Of a DNA stretch of 64,000 nucleotides, positions 1 to 14,209 are shown one piece after another; position 1 is the stretch's first letter, and every line of letters starts with the position of its first letter. Below the pieces are notes generated by a model. It worked only from the letters and a program-made list of their open reading frames with translations. It ran no database searches and had not been told where the DNA came from. Position numbers and translations under genes: made by a program. The stretch is from Octopus sinensis (lineage: Eukaryota), in the NCBI RefSeq assembly GCF_006345805.1, contig NC_043015.1, positions 25,172,001 to 25,236,000 of the forward strand. The letters run 5' to 3'.

Positions 1-780
1 TTGTTAAATTACTTTTTACTGTTGGGCTTAATTCTAGCTTTTAAATCTCTATCATTGTCATGTAATGTCCACTTTTCCATGTTTGCATGGGTCAGATGAA
101 ATTTGTTGAGGCAGATTTTCCATAACTGGATGCCTTTCCTGTTGCCAAGCCACACCAGTTTATATTTCCCTGTGGCCAGACATGTTTTACAAGGAAGACA
201 GCAGAACAACATCACTTGTATGCTAGTGATGCTCATTAACGACGACCACATGATCTGTAGTGATGAGTACAACACACATGGATAGACAGCAATGGGCTTC
301 TTTCAGTTTCCCTCAATCAAATCCATTCTGAAGACTTTGTTTGGATTGGAGAAATAGTAGAAGTCACATGCTGCACAGAGGAAGTGAACCTGAGACCACA
401 TGGTTTAGAAGCAAGCTTCTTATCCGCACAGTCATGTCTGCTGCAAGTGTCATCTACAATAACCACAGGCAAGCCAAAATTATGAGAGTATTTGGTAGAT
501 GGAAACTGAAAGAAGCTCATCGCGTGTATTTGTGTGTATGTGTGTATCCCCTTATCTTGACATTGTGCAGCAGTTGCAAACATGCATCAGCATAATAGAA
601 ACAGTGTTGTTTATTGTGAGTCTTCCATAGAAACATAGCTGCATTTTGCAAAGCAGGTGAGGATTGGTGAGGGGGGGGGGCATCTGGCCACTGAAAATCT
701 GCCTCTTCAAATACTCTGTAATCCATTCAAGTATAGAAAAGTGAGTATGATGATGATGGTGGTGATAGATGTGTAGTGTC

Positions 781-1000
781 TTAGTGTTCAGCTATGTTGG
801 GGCCATAAGGAAGGTGAATAAAAAGCTTGATATTAGAAGAATAAGATGTAGTCTGCAAGAAAGAAGAGTGCACTTGCATTTCGCATGTGGTGTGGATGGG
901 GTATGAATGAGTGTTTGATATTGTGAGAACTGATAGAAGGGATCCTCAAAAGACGCAGAAGGAATTGTTGAGCAGCATGGCAAAGTCAACAAACACCAGT
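781..1000 (+). mobile_element. Old RTE ORF C-terminal fragment
   Basis: Degenerate similarity to 41630-41830 (aaaagcttgatattagaagaataagatgtagtctgcaagaaagaag). Confidence 0.55.
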
Positions 1001-1435
1001 GATATAGGATAACATTTTAAGTTGGTGAAGCCGCATGCACCCACAAGTGAAAACATGGCGAAACAGTTATTGAAATGGTAGCACGGAGGAAATAGTGATG
1101 GAAATTGAGATGTATGCCTACGTTGGGTCTCTTGCTAATTATATTCCAGCTCAATTTCTCTTGACTGCCCTTTCATTGCTCTTGTATTTAGCATTTAGGC
1201 TTTTCACTATTCATTCAAAAGCATAAGATAGTTAAGAATGGGAGCTTGATCCAATCATGTCCCCAATTCCATAATATCCCATCATTCACTTGTTTTACTG
1301 TTGTGATAGAAGTATGATACTGTGTGGTATCAAATCTTCATACCTAGCAACCCTTACTATGTGAAAGCTAATTTAACACCTTCTCTCTCTCACTTTCACT
1401 CTCTGTATATATATATATATATATATGTATATGTC

Positions 1436-2030
1436 ATCATCATCATCATTATTTAACATCTCTTTTCCATGCTGGCGTGGGTTGGACGGTTTAACTGAAA
1501 ATAGGTAAACTAGGGAACTGTACTAGGTTTTAATCTGATTTAGTTTCTACAGCTTGATGCCCTGTCTAACACCAACCACACCAAGAGTGTAGTGGGTGCT
1601 TTGTATGTTACATTGGCACAGGTGCCAGTGACGAAACACCCGCATCGGCCATAACTGTATTTTCACTTGGCTGGACAGACCTTCTCAAGCATGGTGTATT
1701 GCCAAAGGTCTGTTATTTGTCATTTCCTCTGTGGAGGGGGTGGCGAAGTTTGAAGGCTGCTTTCTACATGTCACTGACACAGGTACCGGGTATATGACAC
1801 CAGCATAACTATGATTTCCCTTGGCTTGACAGGTCTTCTCAATTACAGCATATTGCCCAACATTTAAAGGGTGCCTTTTACATGCCACCAGCATGACTGT
1901 GGTTTCACTTGGCTTGCCGGATTTTCTCAAGCACGGCATATTGCCATAGGTCTCAGTCACATGTCATTGCCTCCATGAGGCCCAATATTCAAAGATCATG
2001 CTTCCTCACCTCGTCACATGTCTTCCTAGG
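1436..2030 (-). mobile_element. Older RTE-3'-end-related SINE/LINE tail
   Basis: (CAT)n then tttaacatctcttttccatgctggcgtgggttggacggtt, the reverse complement of the RTE tail. Confidence 0.6.
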
Positions 2031-2225
2031 TCTCTCTCTCTCTATATATATAAGTGAGTGTGTGCACACACATACATATGTGTGTATGCATATGTATGTA
2101 CTCATACTTTCCATTTCTCTTCTCTATTGCTATTAATAATTCAGTCCCTAGTGACTCACATTCATGGCACTAGAAGCCATGTAAATATAACCTTTTACTT
2201 CAATTTCACTCTATACACACATGCA

Positions 2226-2263
<38 letters not shown>

Positions 2264-2449
2264 TCCACTTTTATTAAACAGAACAACTCCAGATGGTACA
2301 AATGAGTTCTCCCTCTTTGATTGTCTCACATTTTAGAGATGTCGGGCAGAAGAATAAAGAAACACAAAAAGATGACAAAAGTCCTTATGTGATGACATCT
2401 CAAATGTCTACGTATTTGTGTGGTTTTAGTCTGGTTAAGTTGATATTTT

Positions 2450-2745
2450 CCAGTTCCATAACATATGCTTTTCAATGTTTACATTTCCTGAATAGCTCTG
2501 ATCTTCTTTGTTAGTTAGAAGTCTTGATTTTGTAGGTTTTGGAGGCTTTTCCTTTTCTTTCATGTGAACAAATTATATGATTTTCTTCTATTTTTGCAGA
2601 GTTCAGATCTTCAATGATTGTACTTTTAATGCTCTTCTTTGAAACTTACCATTTAGTTGCCAGATGTACTCAAATAATCTTGTTGTATTCCTTTGTTCTA
2701 AACGTCCAAAACAGAATGTAAGATTATATAATCTTTCCATAAATT
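2450..2745 (-). pseudogene. Degenerate Penelope-like GIY-YIG endonuclease C-terminal fragment
   Basis: Translates, across frameshifts, to ERLYNLTF..QRNTTRLFEYIWQLN and KRSELFRKCKH, compared with the PLE-type RNSTELSKYIWELK...KRSELISKCRH. Confidence 0.6.
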
Positions 2746-4869
2746 CTCTTCTGTCATAACTATGTAACAATTACATGCTACTTTAGTTAGTTTGTCTAAA
2801 CATTTCCAACACACTACTTAGATTTGCACTTTTTCTGTGAATAAACAATTTCACTGGCTTCAAAAATTTTCATTTAAAACTTTGAATTTTTACGTGTTCA
2901 AACATTTTAACTACTTTTTTTTTAATATCTTACTCATTGTTGTTTTTATTTGAAATATGTAACTATTAATTTTCTTGTGTTCATTTGTTTCTGAACATTA
3001 TCCATGTTTTTGCTGATCTTCATTTAATACCATAATGATCCACATTGCTTAGCGAAAATTAAATTAACTTCATATCATCATTTTTCAGCTCTGAGCTTAG
3101 GGACAAAAATCAATAGATTAAGAAAGCATCCCTGTAGAAGCAAGTTCACAAATAACAGATTCATAATTAAAATTAACTTGATGTGCTTCAAAATTCCATG
3201 CTATAAATTATTTCAGGGGAGATAATTTTTCTAAATGCAAATTTGATTATATAAACAGTGCTAAACGAAAACCAGAATGCCATTACTTCATTTGGTCTAA
3301 AAGACATTCCAGAAATACCAGAGATATATAAAAAAAAATCCTGAATGCCAAATTAACTTGTACTCGATTAAACATCTTACCTACAAGACTTAATTACATA
3401 AAAAGATTTCATTTTAATTTCATTTATATCCATTATTCTGTGTAAACAGACAGAATATAAAATATTTTCACAGAAACATTTTTTATCAAGTGATTACTTA
3501 AGTGTTCTCATAATGTAAGTCTTCATTGTTCTCATAATTAGTTTAAAAATATTTTGGTGGGGAAAATTTGATTATCTGTTCAGTAATTTCTTGTTTACTA
3601 TAATTCTTTCTGCTTTTAAATAACAGTGTTTTTTTCATTTTTTTTTTTTGGCTAAAAGATATTCCACCATTGCCCTATCCGGGGGTTTTTCTTTCATTTT
3701 TCCCCTCCTCACAATAAAATACTGTCATTAGTTAAACACAAACACTTCACATTTCTTTGAGGAATAAGATCAGGCATGACCATTTCACGAAATGCATTCC
3801 ATAGATGTTTTATCGTTTTCCATTTACTTGTTTCAGTCATTAGACTATGGCCATGCTGGGGCTCAACCTTCAAGAAATTTAACAAGACAATCACTTTCAG
3901 GACCAATATTTAAAAACTGTCTTTCTTCAGTCTTTCTGGCTGAACCACAAATGCTGCAGGTACATAAACTAACCCTGGTTATCAAGTGGTAGTGGTGGAG
4001 GGATACACTTGTATATGACAGACTTTCATAAAGATTCTAGCTACAAACTTCACTTGCAAGGTATTGGTCAGCTTAAAGCCAAGGTAAAAGACATTTGTCT
4101 GAGGTGCCACACATTGGGACTGAACTCAAAATCACACAATTACAAAGCAAACTTCTTAACCACACAACCACACTTAAGCTTGAAATGATTATGGATTTAG
4201 TGTGTTGCAGTAAAATAGACAAAATTTTCACTAACACAGTAAACCAGTGTTTAGAACACAATTTGGCTATAATGGCAGGCTTCATTTTAAATAAGAAACA
4301 CTTTAAAAACAAACAGGATTTATATCAAGACATCAGAGATTGTCTCAGGTGTTTTGGTATTAAAACAGCAAGGAGGCGTTTTTATTTCATTACACAATTA
4401 CATTAAGAAGGAGAATCTTAGCAATTAGATGTGTCTAGAATAAAATGCTTTGCACCAAAAAAATTCTGAAACTGATTCACATTCAGAACTAATGAGAAGA
4501 AAGTTCATTAACTAACTAATCTGTTAAGCTATTACATTTTTACATGGAATAGAAATGCTAAGATATAACTTCCATAAAGAACAGCAGCAGAGAATTAATT
4601 TATATAGGAACATTTTTCACCAACCAGTAATTAAAACAAGTAACAGATGATAACTTGTCAGGACCCTGCCCCCCTCCACTTCTTTCTCAACTGAAACATT
4701 TTTGTTATACTTTCCAATACACTATGTTTCAATAAGATTCATCTCTGATATATGAATGTGTGTGTGTGTGTGTATTGAGGGCACCAAAAACTAACGTTGC
4801 ATTTCATTTAATGAGTTCAAATCAGCATGAAACATGTCACAGATGTATTTCTTGATTCAAAATCGCTAA

Positions 4870-5370
4870 CATGGCCAATGACAGTACCACCTGACTGGCA
4901 CTTGTGCCAGTGAAATGTTAAAAGCACATCTAAGCGTGATCATTGCCAGGGCCATGGATTGGCTCCTGTGCTGGTGGCACATAAGAAGCACCATTCAGGT
5001 GTGATCATTGCCAGTGTTGCTTTACTGGCACATGTGCTGGTGGCACATGAAAAACAACATTCAAGGGTAGTCGTTGCCAGTGCCACCAGACTGGCTCTCA
5101 TGCAGGTAGCACTTAAAAACACCTTTTGAGTGGGGTCATTGCCAGAACTGCTGAACTGGCCCTCATGCTGGTGGCATGTAAAAGCAGCCACTACACTCTC
5201 TGAGTGGTTGGCGTTAGGAAGAGCATCCAGCTGTAGGAACTTTGCCAGATCAGACTGAGCCTGGGGCATCTTTCTGGCTCATCAGTTGTCAGTCAAATCG
5301 TCCAACCCATGTCAGCATGGAAAGCAGATGTTAAACGACAACAATGATGATGATGATGATGATGATGATA
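4870..5370 (+). mobile_element. RTE-3'-end-related SINE
   Basis: actacactctctgagtggttggcgttaggaagagcatccagctgtag...caacccatgtcagcatggaaagcagatgttaaacgac followed by (GAT)n. Confidence 0.7.
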
Positions 5371-6167
5371 ATATAACTGCCATATTATTACAATGCAATA
5401 GCGGTTTCCCATTTTCAAGCAAGTTTTCTGATTCCTCAGGCAAAAAGAAAAAAAGAGTAAAAGAGCACAGTTTTGGCCTCATTCTGCTTTCAAATGTTTT
5501 TCCACTGAAAATCTGATAGTGCCATACCTCTAAGTTACAGGGACATAAACAAACTAACACCAGTTGTCAAGCAGTGATGGCAGAGATGACAAACACAAAG
5601 ACACCTGACAGGCTTCCACACAGTTTTCATCAACCAAATCCATTCACAGGACATTGATTGGCCAAGGGCTACAGTAGAAGGCTCTTGCCCAAAGTGCCAT
5701 TCCCAAAGCTATGTGGTTACAAAAAGCAGCTTCCAGACCACACAACAACCATTGCAGAGGATCTTCAGAAAATATTTGCAGACATACAATACCAATAGCT
5801 TCTTCACATGAAGAGTGTTATTCACAAAGAACTGTATAATGGCTACAAAATTTTGGAATGGATGATTTTAGCAAAAATGCAGACAGTGATTTGTAAGGAT
5901 TCAAGACAACTATAAAGATTTTTTTTCATTTGTAAGGATCCTTTGAATAATGAATTCTTTGGAGGTGTGTGTGTTTGTGTTTTATATGTTTGTAAAAGAA
6001 AATTTGTTGAAATATCTGCAGTTAGCTTCTGGAATATTTTAATGTTAAACCAAAGACTTGATAGAAAGCAGAATGAACTGAAAGGCATCAAAAACAAAAA
6101 AATTTAACATTTTACCAACTTCCACATTTTAAAGGAATCAAATAAGAGTGGATGTTATGGTATGAGC

Positions 6168-6215
<48 letters not shown>

Positions 6216-6555
6216 GTAATAATAATGATAATAATAATAATAATAATAATATTCCATCATATCCAGCAAAATACGATGTGTATTTTCATATGATAATAAG
6301 TAGTAATATTAATAAATTACCGATATGCTTGCTCTCTCACTCTCTCCCACTCTCTTTCTCTCTCTCTCTCTCTACATACACACATATATATACACTCATA
6401 CATAAGCACACACACACACACATACATACACATGCATGCACATGCATGCGCGCACACATACTCTGTAACTGTATGCTTACATTAGTATCTGGACATGCAC
6501 TTTACCAACCACCCGTATTACATGCACTCACTCACATACACACTTACAGAGGAAC

Positions 6556-6589
<34 letters not shown>

Positions 6590-8547
6590 GCACACAAACA
6601 CACACACACACACACACACACCACACACACACACTCACACACACACACACACTCACACACACAGGTCTGGCATGCTTATCTTTAAATCCAGTAACCCCTA
6701 AAAGCAATGTCATGAAATCCTCTTCTGCTTCAGAGCTGGTCGCATTATCATTATCTGATGATTCTGGAAATTTCCTTGAGCTGACATACGGAATCAATTA
6801 AACCCTCTTCTTAACTCATGCTGGCATTAGCGACAAAATTTAAATGAAATTGATTCTTCAAATATATTATTCATTCCTTTCAGACTTTTGCTTGTCCCTG
6901 TTGAATCAAATGCAGCCCTATTTTACTTCAATGTGTTTAAGGATCTCAATAAGAATAATAAAAGTGATTTCATTTACTTGCTTCAAGAGCATCAAATGAA
7001 GGAGGAATTTCAAAGAAGAGTAATTTAAAATGACAAGGTTTACATAGAAATTGAATAAAGAAAAATCTTCAGAAATTGAATAAAGAAAAATCTTCAACAA
7101 AATGAAAATTATATGAAATACACAACTGAATAAAGATTTCACCATTCTGACACACAAGGAGCTCAAACTAGGGTCAAAGAACTCGAAAATTTAAGGGTTA
7201 CTTTGACTATTAAAGGAAGTGCCTTTTTTGCAATAGTAATTCTTTGATGTACAGATGTACAGGGAGAACAGAATTTTTAATTCTGACCTGTTTAACACAT
7301 TTAGAGAAGACCAACAATTTCCTTTTCACTTGCATCATCCATTCTAAATGGAACGAAAGAATAAAAAACAAAACAAAGATATGGGTTTGACTAAAATTGA
7401 GTGTCTGTCCTTCAATTCATTTAGCCTCACAGACTACACACCTTTGTTGCCATATTCCCCAGATATGGCAAAAGAAGAGCAACAACGAAGTCTTTGTGAT
7501 AGACGAAACTGAGAGCTGGTTCAGTCCTACACATGATAACAACTGTTTGCCACAACTCTGCAAGTCTTTAATGCTCAGATACTGAATGTGTATAAACAGA
7601 AATTGAATTCTTTGAATTGAATGTATTCCATACATTTGGACAAACAAACACAAATGAAAACAATACCTCCGCCTTTGCTACGGTGGAGGTAATAATGCAG
7701 TACCCTGATGCAGTACTGGGTAGTAACTCTCATGGCATTCAATCTTAACTGAATGGAAGTGATATCATGTACATGTTTTGCCTTGGAACAAAAAGATGGG
7801 GTTTGAATAATTCACCTCTGGATATGTGGGTGTTTCATTCATCATCCTTAGGGACCTTCTCAGCTGGATGGGCTACTCGACCTGTAGAAAATTCTAACTG
7901 GGTCCCACCTGCAAGATCATGGGCTGTTTATCTTGATATGAGATCACCATGTCACACACATATGGTTGTGATACATGTGTCTGGTGTACCCTTATCGGAT
8001 GGGTAGTCGTGATGGGTAATTGGGCTTCATATATTTGTAACCCACTGTAACTTTGATGTTATGCACTGTTCCCTAACACAATAATGATGATGATGATGAT
8101 GATGATGGTGGTGGTTACAAAGTTTGGTCCTGGCAGTTTTAAGGGCAAAGTGATCCTCAATTCAATTAATTTCAATATTTGATTGACTTTATCAACCTTA
8201 AAAGGATGAAAGGATAAGTTAATCTCCATGGGATTTGAACTCAGAATGAAAGGGACACAGCTAAAGACCATAAAACATTTTTATCAATGCTCTGCTGATT
8301 CAGGCCTGAATAATTTCTGATTTAAATAGATAGCAAGATTGAGGGAAGGGTTTAGTTGATGACATCATCTTCTGTACATGACCAGCATTTTATTGTTTCA
8401 ATTCTGAAAGGATGAACAGCAAAGTTGGCCTCAGCACAATTTTCAACTCAGAATGAGCTCAGAGTTGTATCTAAATCCTGAAATTATGTGCAATGTTGTA
8501 ATCCCCAAAATACATAAGAAAGAGATGAATGCCCCTAATTCCCTTAC

Positions 8548-8739
8548 CTCACTAGCAAACTGGATCCTTTGCTCTTCTTTCTCTTGATAATCTTGTCGAA
8601 ATTTACTGGCAGTTTTATTTGTCATTTGGATTTTCACATCAAGTTCTTTGTTATTCTCAACCTCATTGTCATAAAACCTTTTCTTCTCAGCAATTTCATG
8701 TTCCTTTTGTAAAATTCGGAGCTTCAGCAAATGTATTTG
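8548..8739 (-). CDS. CCDC39: Coiled-coil domain-containing protein 39, internal exon (equivalent to human exon 7)
   Basis: 192-nt phase 0/0 exon bounded by ttccattgcAG and GTaagg. It encodes QIHLLKLRILQKEHEIAEKKRFYDNEVENNKELDVKIQMTNKTASKFRQDYQEKEEQRIQFASE, which matches human [64 protein letters not shown] (recalled), and it is in frame with the 129-nt exon. Confidence 0.9.
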
Positions 8740-11700
8740 CTGCAATGGAAAAAAACCAAACAAAATGTAGAGAATAAAATACAGATATTTAAAAAAAAAG
8801 AAATGAAAAATGAAAAAATAGCAAACAAAATCAAGTAGACAACTGCCTAAACAAGGAATATCAACGCCAATAGTTTTGGCATACTTAAAAAAAACGAAAA
8901 TAAGTTTTATACTTTTGCAAAAATGAAAAAAAGCAAAAATCATAAATATGTAAATAATAACTTTCTTTCAATTGAAATACATAGAAGAGGCATCTATAAT
9001 TAAAAGAAAGTCGGACAACAGCATCAAAAACATATGACAACCATCTTCAAAGGAAAATGTTTTATTGGTTTTCATTTTACCTCTTTATTCTGGGGGTAGG
9101 GATAATAAAATATGGTTTTATTTAAAGAAATAGTGCCTGTAGAATATGTTGTAAAACTGTTAACTAAATGATTTTAGGAGACAAAAAGGCAACTGCTAGA
9201 CAATGTGGTGTTGGTATTAAAATGATTTCTGATACAAGTTAAAAAAAGCATTGAATGTTTCATGTAGAATCATGGCAGTTGATTGTGTCTTGTGCACCAT
9301 ATATCTTAATCAATTGCAATATTTAATTTAACAATCACAAAATATTTGAATCTGGTTCAAATGAACATGTTAAAAACTCTGTTGACTTGTGGACAATTTT
9401 AATTTTTAATATCAAGAACCTTAACAAAATACTGACGAGCATGCTGTCATGACACTTCAACAAAAGCTTTCATATTTTTATCTGAAAGTTCAAAAGTTAT
9501 GAACATTAAACAATGGTCTTTGGCATATTACTATCAGGAATGATGCACAATGCTTATGATAGAACATATTGAACATAATGCTATTTCAACTGGTAATTCA
9601 ACTGTTATGAACACAACCCAATGCACCTGTGATTCAAAACAAACCAGCAGCCCTTTCCTTCATAGTTCTAAAACCAACTGACTGGATTACTATGTGATAC
9701 ACCACACCCCTACTGTTAACACCAATGTTTTAAGGAACAGTGCTTATTCAGAACTGGCCAACTCACCTCTCTCTCCATCAATTCTAATCTATTTATTACA
9801 CATTTCTGCTGCTTCTCATTGTGTTTACTAAAGTTAATCAACTAAATGCTGAAGATATTGGACAATTAGCCAAGAGTTTGGTCATTTGTAACATCTATAA
9901 GCAAGACTAGCTGAATATTAGTATAATTTGATGGTATAATTTGCTGTTACAACCCAACAGTGAATTATTGTTCATGAATTATGTGTCAGCTTGTACATGA
10001 AATTTTCTGAAAAGTACCAATATTTCATTGAGGGGTCTTGGTTAAAAGAAATATCTAAAAGGTACTTCATTAAGTTGCTTTCTATTTTGAGTTCTAATTC
10101 TGCAAGGATCAATCTTGATTTTATTCATTCCAAGGACTTATTAGTGCAAATTATATGTTGTTCCTTCACATTAAAGCAAAAGAAGCTTGTTGTGTGTGTG
10201 TGTGTGTGTTGTGTGTGTGTGTGTGTGTATGTGTGCTTATTTTTGTGTTTGTGACAACTGGTATTGGCTTGTTCATGTTTCCATAACTTAGCAGTTTCAC
10301 AATAGTGAGTGATAAAGTGCCGGGCTGAAAAAAATGAACACTGGGAGAATTTTTTTGACTAAACCCTTCAAGGCAAATCCCCAGCATGGCCACTGTCAAA
10401 TGCCTGAAACAAATGAAAGATAATCTTGCTCACAGCATTTTCTGATTGGAACTCCACTCTTCAAAATGATTTAGCTCATATCTCTCAGTTTCTAAATTCT
10501 TACAATATAAACATTATAATTAGAAATCATCATTATTACAATTTCAGAGGAATAGACTTCAGAATCAGTAGAGCATTAAATACAACATATTGTCATATTT
10601 AATTCAAATCATAATTATTCCGCACAGCTTCAGTTTCTCGTCCAACAGTTCAAGTATTACAAATACAACACAATAACATTGATGCAATATAAACTTACAC
10701 TGTTTCATCTAATAAAAATCTTGATAAAAAATTTAATTCTATTCAACAAGTCTGCATCAAGTGTATGGAATATATCTCATGTTGATTTTGAGGCATTTAT
10801 TAAACACCATTTGCAGCTTATTTCTCTTTAAATGTCATCATTTGTTTTCTATAGCAAATGTACCCTTAGTGTATATTATATGACAAAAATATGTGTGTGT
10901 ATATAAGATTAAGTATATATACAAAGGGACTATTCTGTTAATTTTGTTTTCTCATTTAAGTCACCAGTAAATATTCTTGGAACTTTCTTTATTGGGAAAC
11001 TGTTAAGAAGGACATAGGCAAATCATCATCTGGTGCCGATTAATGATAGCCAAGCCAAAAATGCAACAAAATGCATGCACCCAGTCACACACATGGCTGG
11101 TAAGTCCTTCACCAAACATAAAGTCAGTGAAGATCGATTCCTTTTCCCAAGAGCCAACTGTCAGTGTAATTATTTTGCCATCGTCATTATGGCCATCATA
11201 CCATTACCATTGTAACTGTTGAAACTACTACCATCATCATCATCACTCCCATTGTCATTATTCTCCTCCTCCTCTCCCTCCTCTTCATCATTATTGTCAC
11301 CACCCTGTCCATCACCACTACCACCACCCTAAAGACTACAAGTAATATTACTTCCCGCCACTTCCAATCCAAGCACACACACACACACTGCCACCAACAC
11401 TTTAGATGTTTCTTTCCATAAGCTTGTGATTAACAGACAGAACAGTCACTTTATTTATAGTCACACATCACTTATAATCACATGATATACAGATTTTATA
11501 TGCGGAAACACACGGCAAATACACACACATTACAATACATGGTTTAGTGAGTTTAGCCAACACCACAACAACGAACATCATCGCTCTTGGACCGATGAGA
11601 ATTGAACGTCGTTTTGTTGATGAATTTGGCAGCAAATGTCTAAAGAATAAACAAAAACAAAAAAGAAACTGGTTTATTTTTTTGTTTTTGTTTTTGGAAT

Positions 11701-13642
11701 AAATGAGATTCAAAAACTGGTGACTCTGGAACAAATCTGATGATGTGACACAGATGAACGAGAGAAACATTTCAGTCAATTACTGTAACACAATTATGTT
11801 GGATTCAATTAGATTCTGTTCATCCGCTCAACCATGAAAAAGAAATTAACACCAATTGTTGCTGTTGTTGCTATGTTTAGCCCTAGGTTAGCCCTATATA
11901 GGCATGGACTTGGTCAAACACAGTGCAGCTATTTCATCAGACATATTTATCTAGGATTGCCTTATCCAATGTAGTTCTTGATGTATTCAGACTACATCCT
12001 GTAATCACATCCTTTTTTAAGACAATAAAAGAAGTAATTGGAGCAAAATTTACCCAATGATGGGGGGGGGGCGGTTAAGATATAAACATAAATACTCAAC
12101 AGACATGGGTGTGTGTTTAAAGAGTTTGCTTCCCAATCACTGGGTTTCAGGTTCTATCCCACTGCATGGGTGAATGTCTTCTGCTATAGCCTCAGGCCAA
12201 CCAAAGCCTTCTGACAGGATTTGGCAGACAGAAACTAAAAGAAGCCCAACACATGTATACATGTTTGTGTGCATATGTGTGTGTGTGTACATGTAAATGT
12301 ATGTGTGTGTGCGTGTGTGTTGAGATCACAGGATAGTTGTAAATGAGCATCACTGTCTAAAACCAGTTCCCATTTCCAGTCTTCTGTGAAAAGCTATTTG
12401 TCCACAGGCAAATGTTACGTTGCTTTGAAAGAGGTGAGAGTTGGTGACGGGGAGGCCATTTAGCTGCTGTAAAGAATTCCTCTCAGTGAATTCTGTCTCA
12501 GCCATTGCAAGCAAGGAAATATGGATCCTAAAACAATGAGGATGACAACTTCACTCTGCATCATAAAAACAATAACATGCAACATATTTGGTTGTGTCTG
12601 GGGAGGGTCATTCTCTTTTGGTGCCTTATGATTTAACACACACACTGGTAAAATTTCCACTCATTTACTTTAGTTTTCTAAAATTTTCATTATGTCTTAC
12701 GAACTCACATAAAGAATCTTGCAAACCAAATACAAAATGCAAAGTATTTATAATCAACAATCAATAATACCCAATATTAATGGTTTTTGACCTGAGCAAT
12801 GGTACATAATGGGGTGGAGAGGAAGGCGGCAAATGTCGGGGGGGGGGGCTGTTGAGGTGTATCATGATATTTCTATGAAATAAAATACTTAAAATAGTTA
12901 CAAAATTTTTAAATAGGTTTTCCAGAAAAATCTTTCTTGGGATGAGAATATAACAATGTGTTAGAAATGAATGGAAACATGGCTGATGATGCTGCAAGGT
13001 CCAACATAATTTCATTATGTAAGTCCTCACCTTCGTTAGTAATCATTATTATAATTTTTGTGAAATCTGTCCGTCTGTGACATAACTTCCAGTTTTGTCT
13101 GCTATTTCCCCAACTCTCTCGCACCCTCTGCATGTCTATGCACACAGCAGATCTCTTTCAACACTATCATTAAAGACACGGAAGCAAAAATATGAATCTC
13201 TGTTCTCTCTGAGCCTCTCTCCCTCTCCTTCCCCTCCCCTCTCTCTTTCCCGCTTCTGTAAGTATAACAACACATGAATACACATACACACAGGAATATA
13301 ACAACACATGAATACACATACACACAGGAATACGACAGCTGTATGGTCGGTCGTCTGCCAATGTATGTATGCATGTTGAAAAACACATTTCTCAATAGAA
13401 TCATTTAAAATAGTTAATTTATTAAGATAAAACAACCGAAAACAGAAAATTTCGTATTTTCAAAGATGAGCTTTTATAATTAAATCTTTTTAATGATTGT
13501 GTCGAGAAATTTGGGTTTATCAGTGTGTGTATGTGTGTGTGTGTGTATGAGAAAGAGAGAGAGAGAGTGTGTGTGTGTATTCATACATACTGTGAGGCAG
13601 AGAATACTGCTGTCCTATTCACAAGAGTGTGTCTGTATGTAT

Positions 13643-14032
13643 ATACTCTTTACTCTTTTACTTGTTTCAGTCATTTGACTGTGGCCATGCTGGAGCACCA
13701 CCTTTAGTCGAGCAAATCGACCCCGGGACTTATTCTTTGTAAGTCCAGTACTTATTCTATCGGTCCCTTTTTGCCGAACCGCTAAGTGACAGGGACGTAA
13801 ACACACCAGCATCGTTTGTCAAGCAATGCTAGGGGGACAAACACAGACACACATATACATATATATATACGACAGGCTTCTTTCAGGTTCCGTCCACCAA
13901 ATCCACTCACAAGGCATTAATCGGCCCGGGGCTATAGCAGAAGACACTTGCCCAAGATGCCACGCAGTGGGACTGAACCCGGAACCATGTGGTTGGTTAG
14001 CAAGCTACTTACCACACAGCCACTCCTGCGCC
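13643..14032 (-). mobile_element. Young tRNA-derived SINE (family 1)
   Basis: Minus strand has the tRNA-like head ggcgcaggagtggctgtgtggtaagtagc...ggttccgggttcagtccc and a tail ending gactgaaacaagtaaaagagtaaaagagta. Older copies lie at about 355-520, 5520-5740, 12100-12530, 14600-14950, 15400-15550, 27850-28030, 29340-29490 and 54690-55140. Confidence 0.8.
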
Positions 14033-14165
14033 TATGTATATATGCATCATTATATAGGGGGAGAAAGAGAAAGAGAGAGAGAAGAGAGGCAGAATGAATG
14101 GAGATTTATACATTTTTTCAGTGTTGTAGAAAGCTGCTTTGTTTAAAAGATCTTTCTCTCTCTCC

Positions 14166-14209
<44 letters not shown>

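Noticed and set aside
7442-7581. Open 140-nt AG..GT segment on the minus strand with the phases expected of CCDC39 exon 8
   Set aside because: The peptide (YLSIKDLQSCGK...HIWGIWQQR) is not coiled-coil and does not resemble exon 8; the GTGTGT donor is weak and the length differs from 104 nt.
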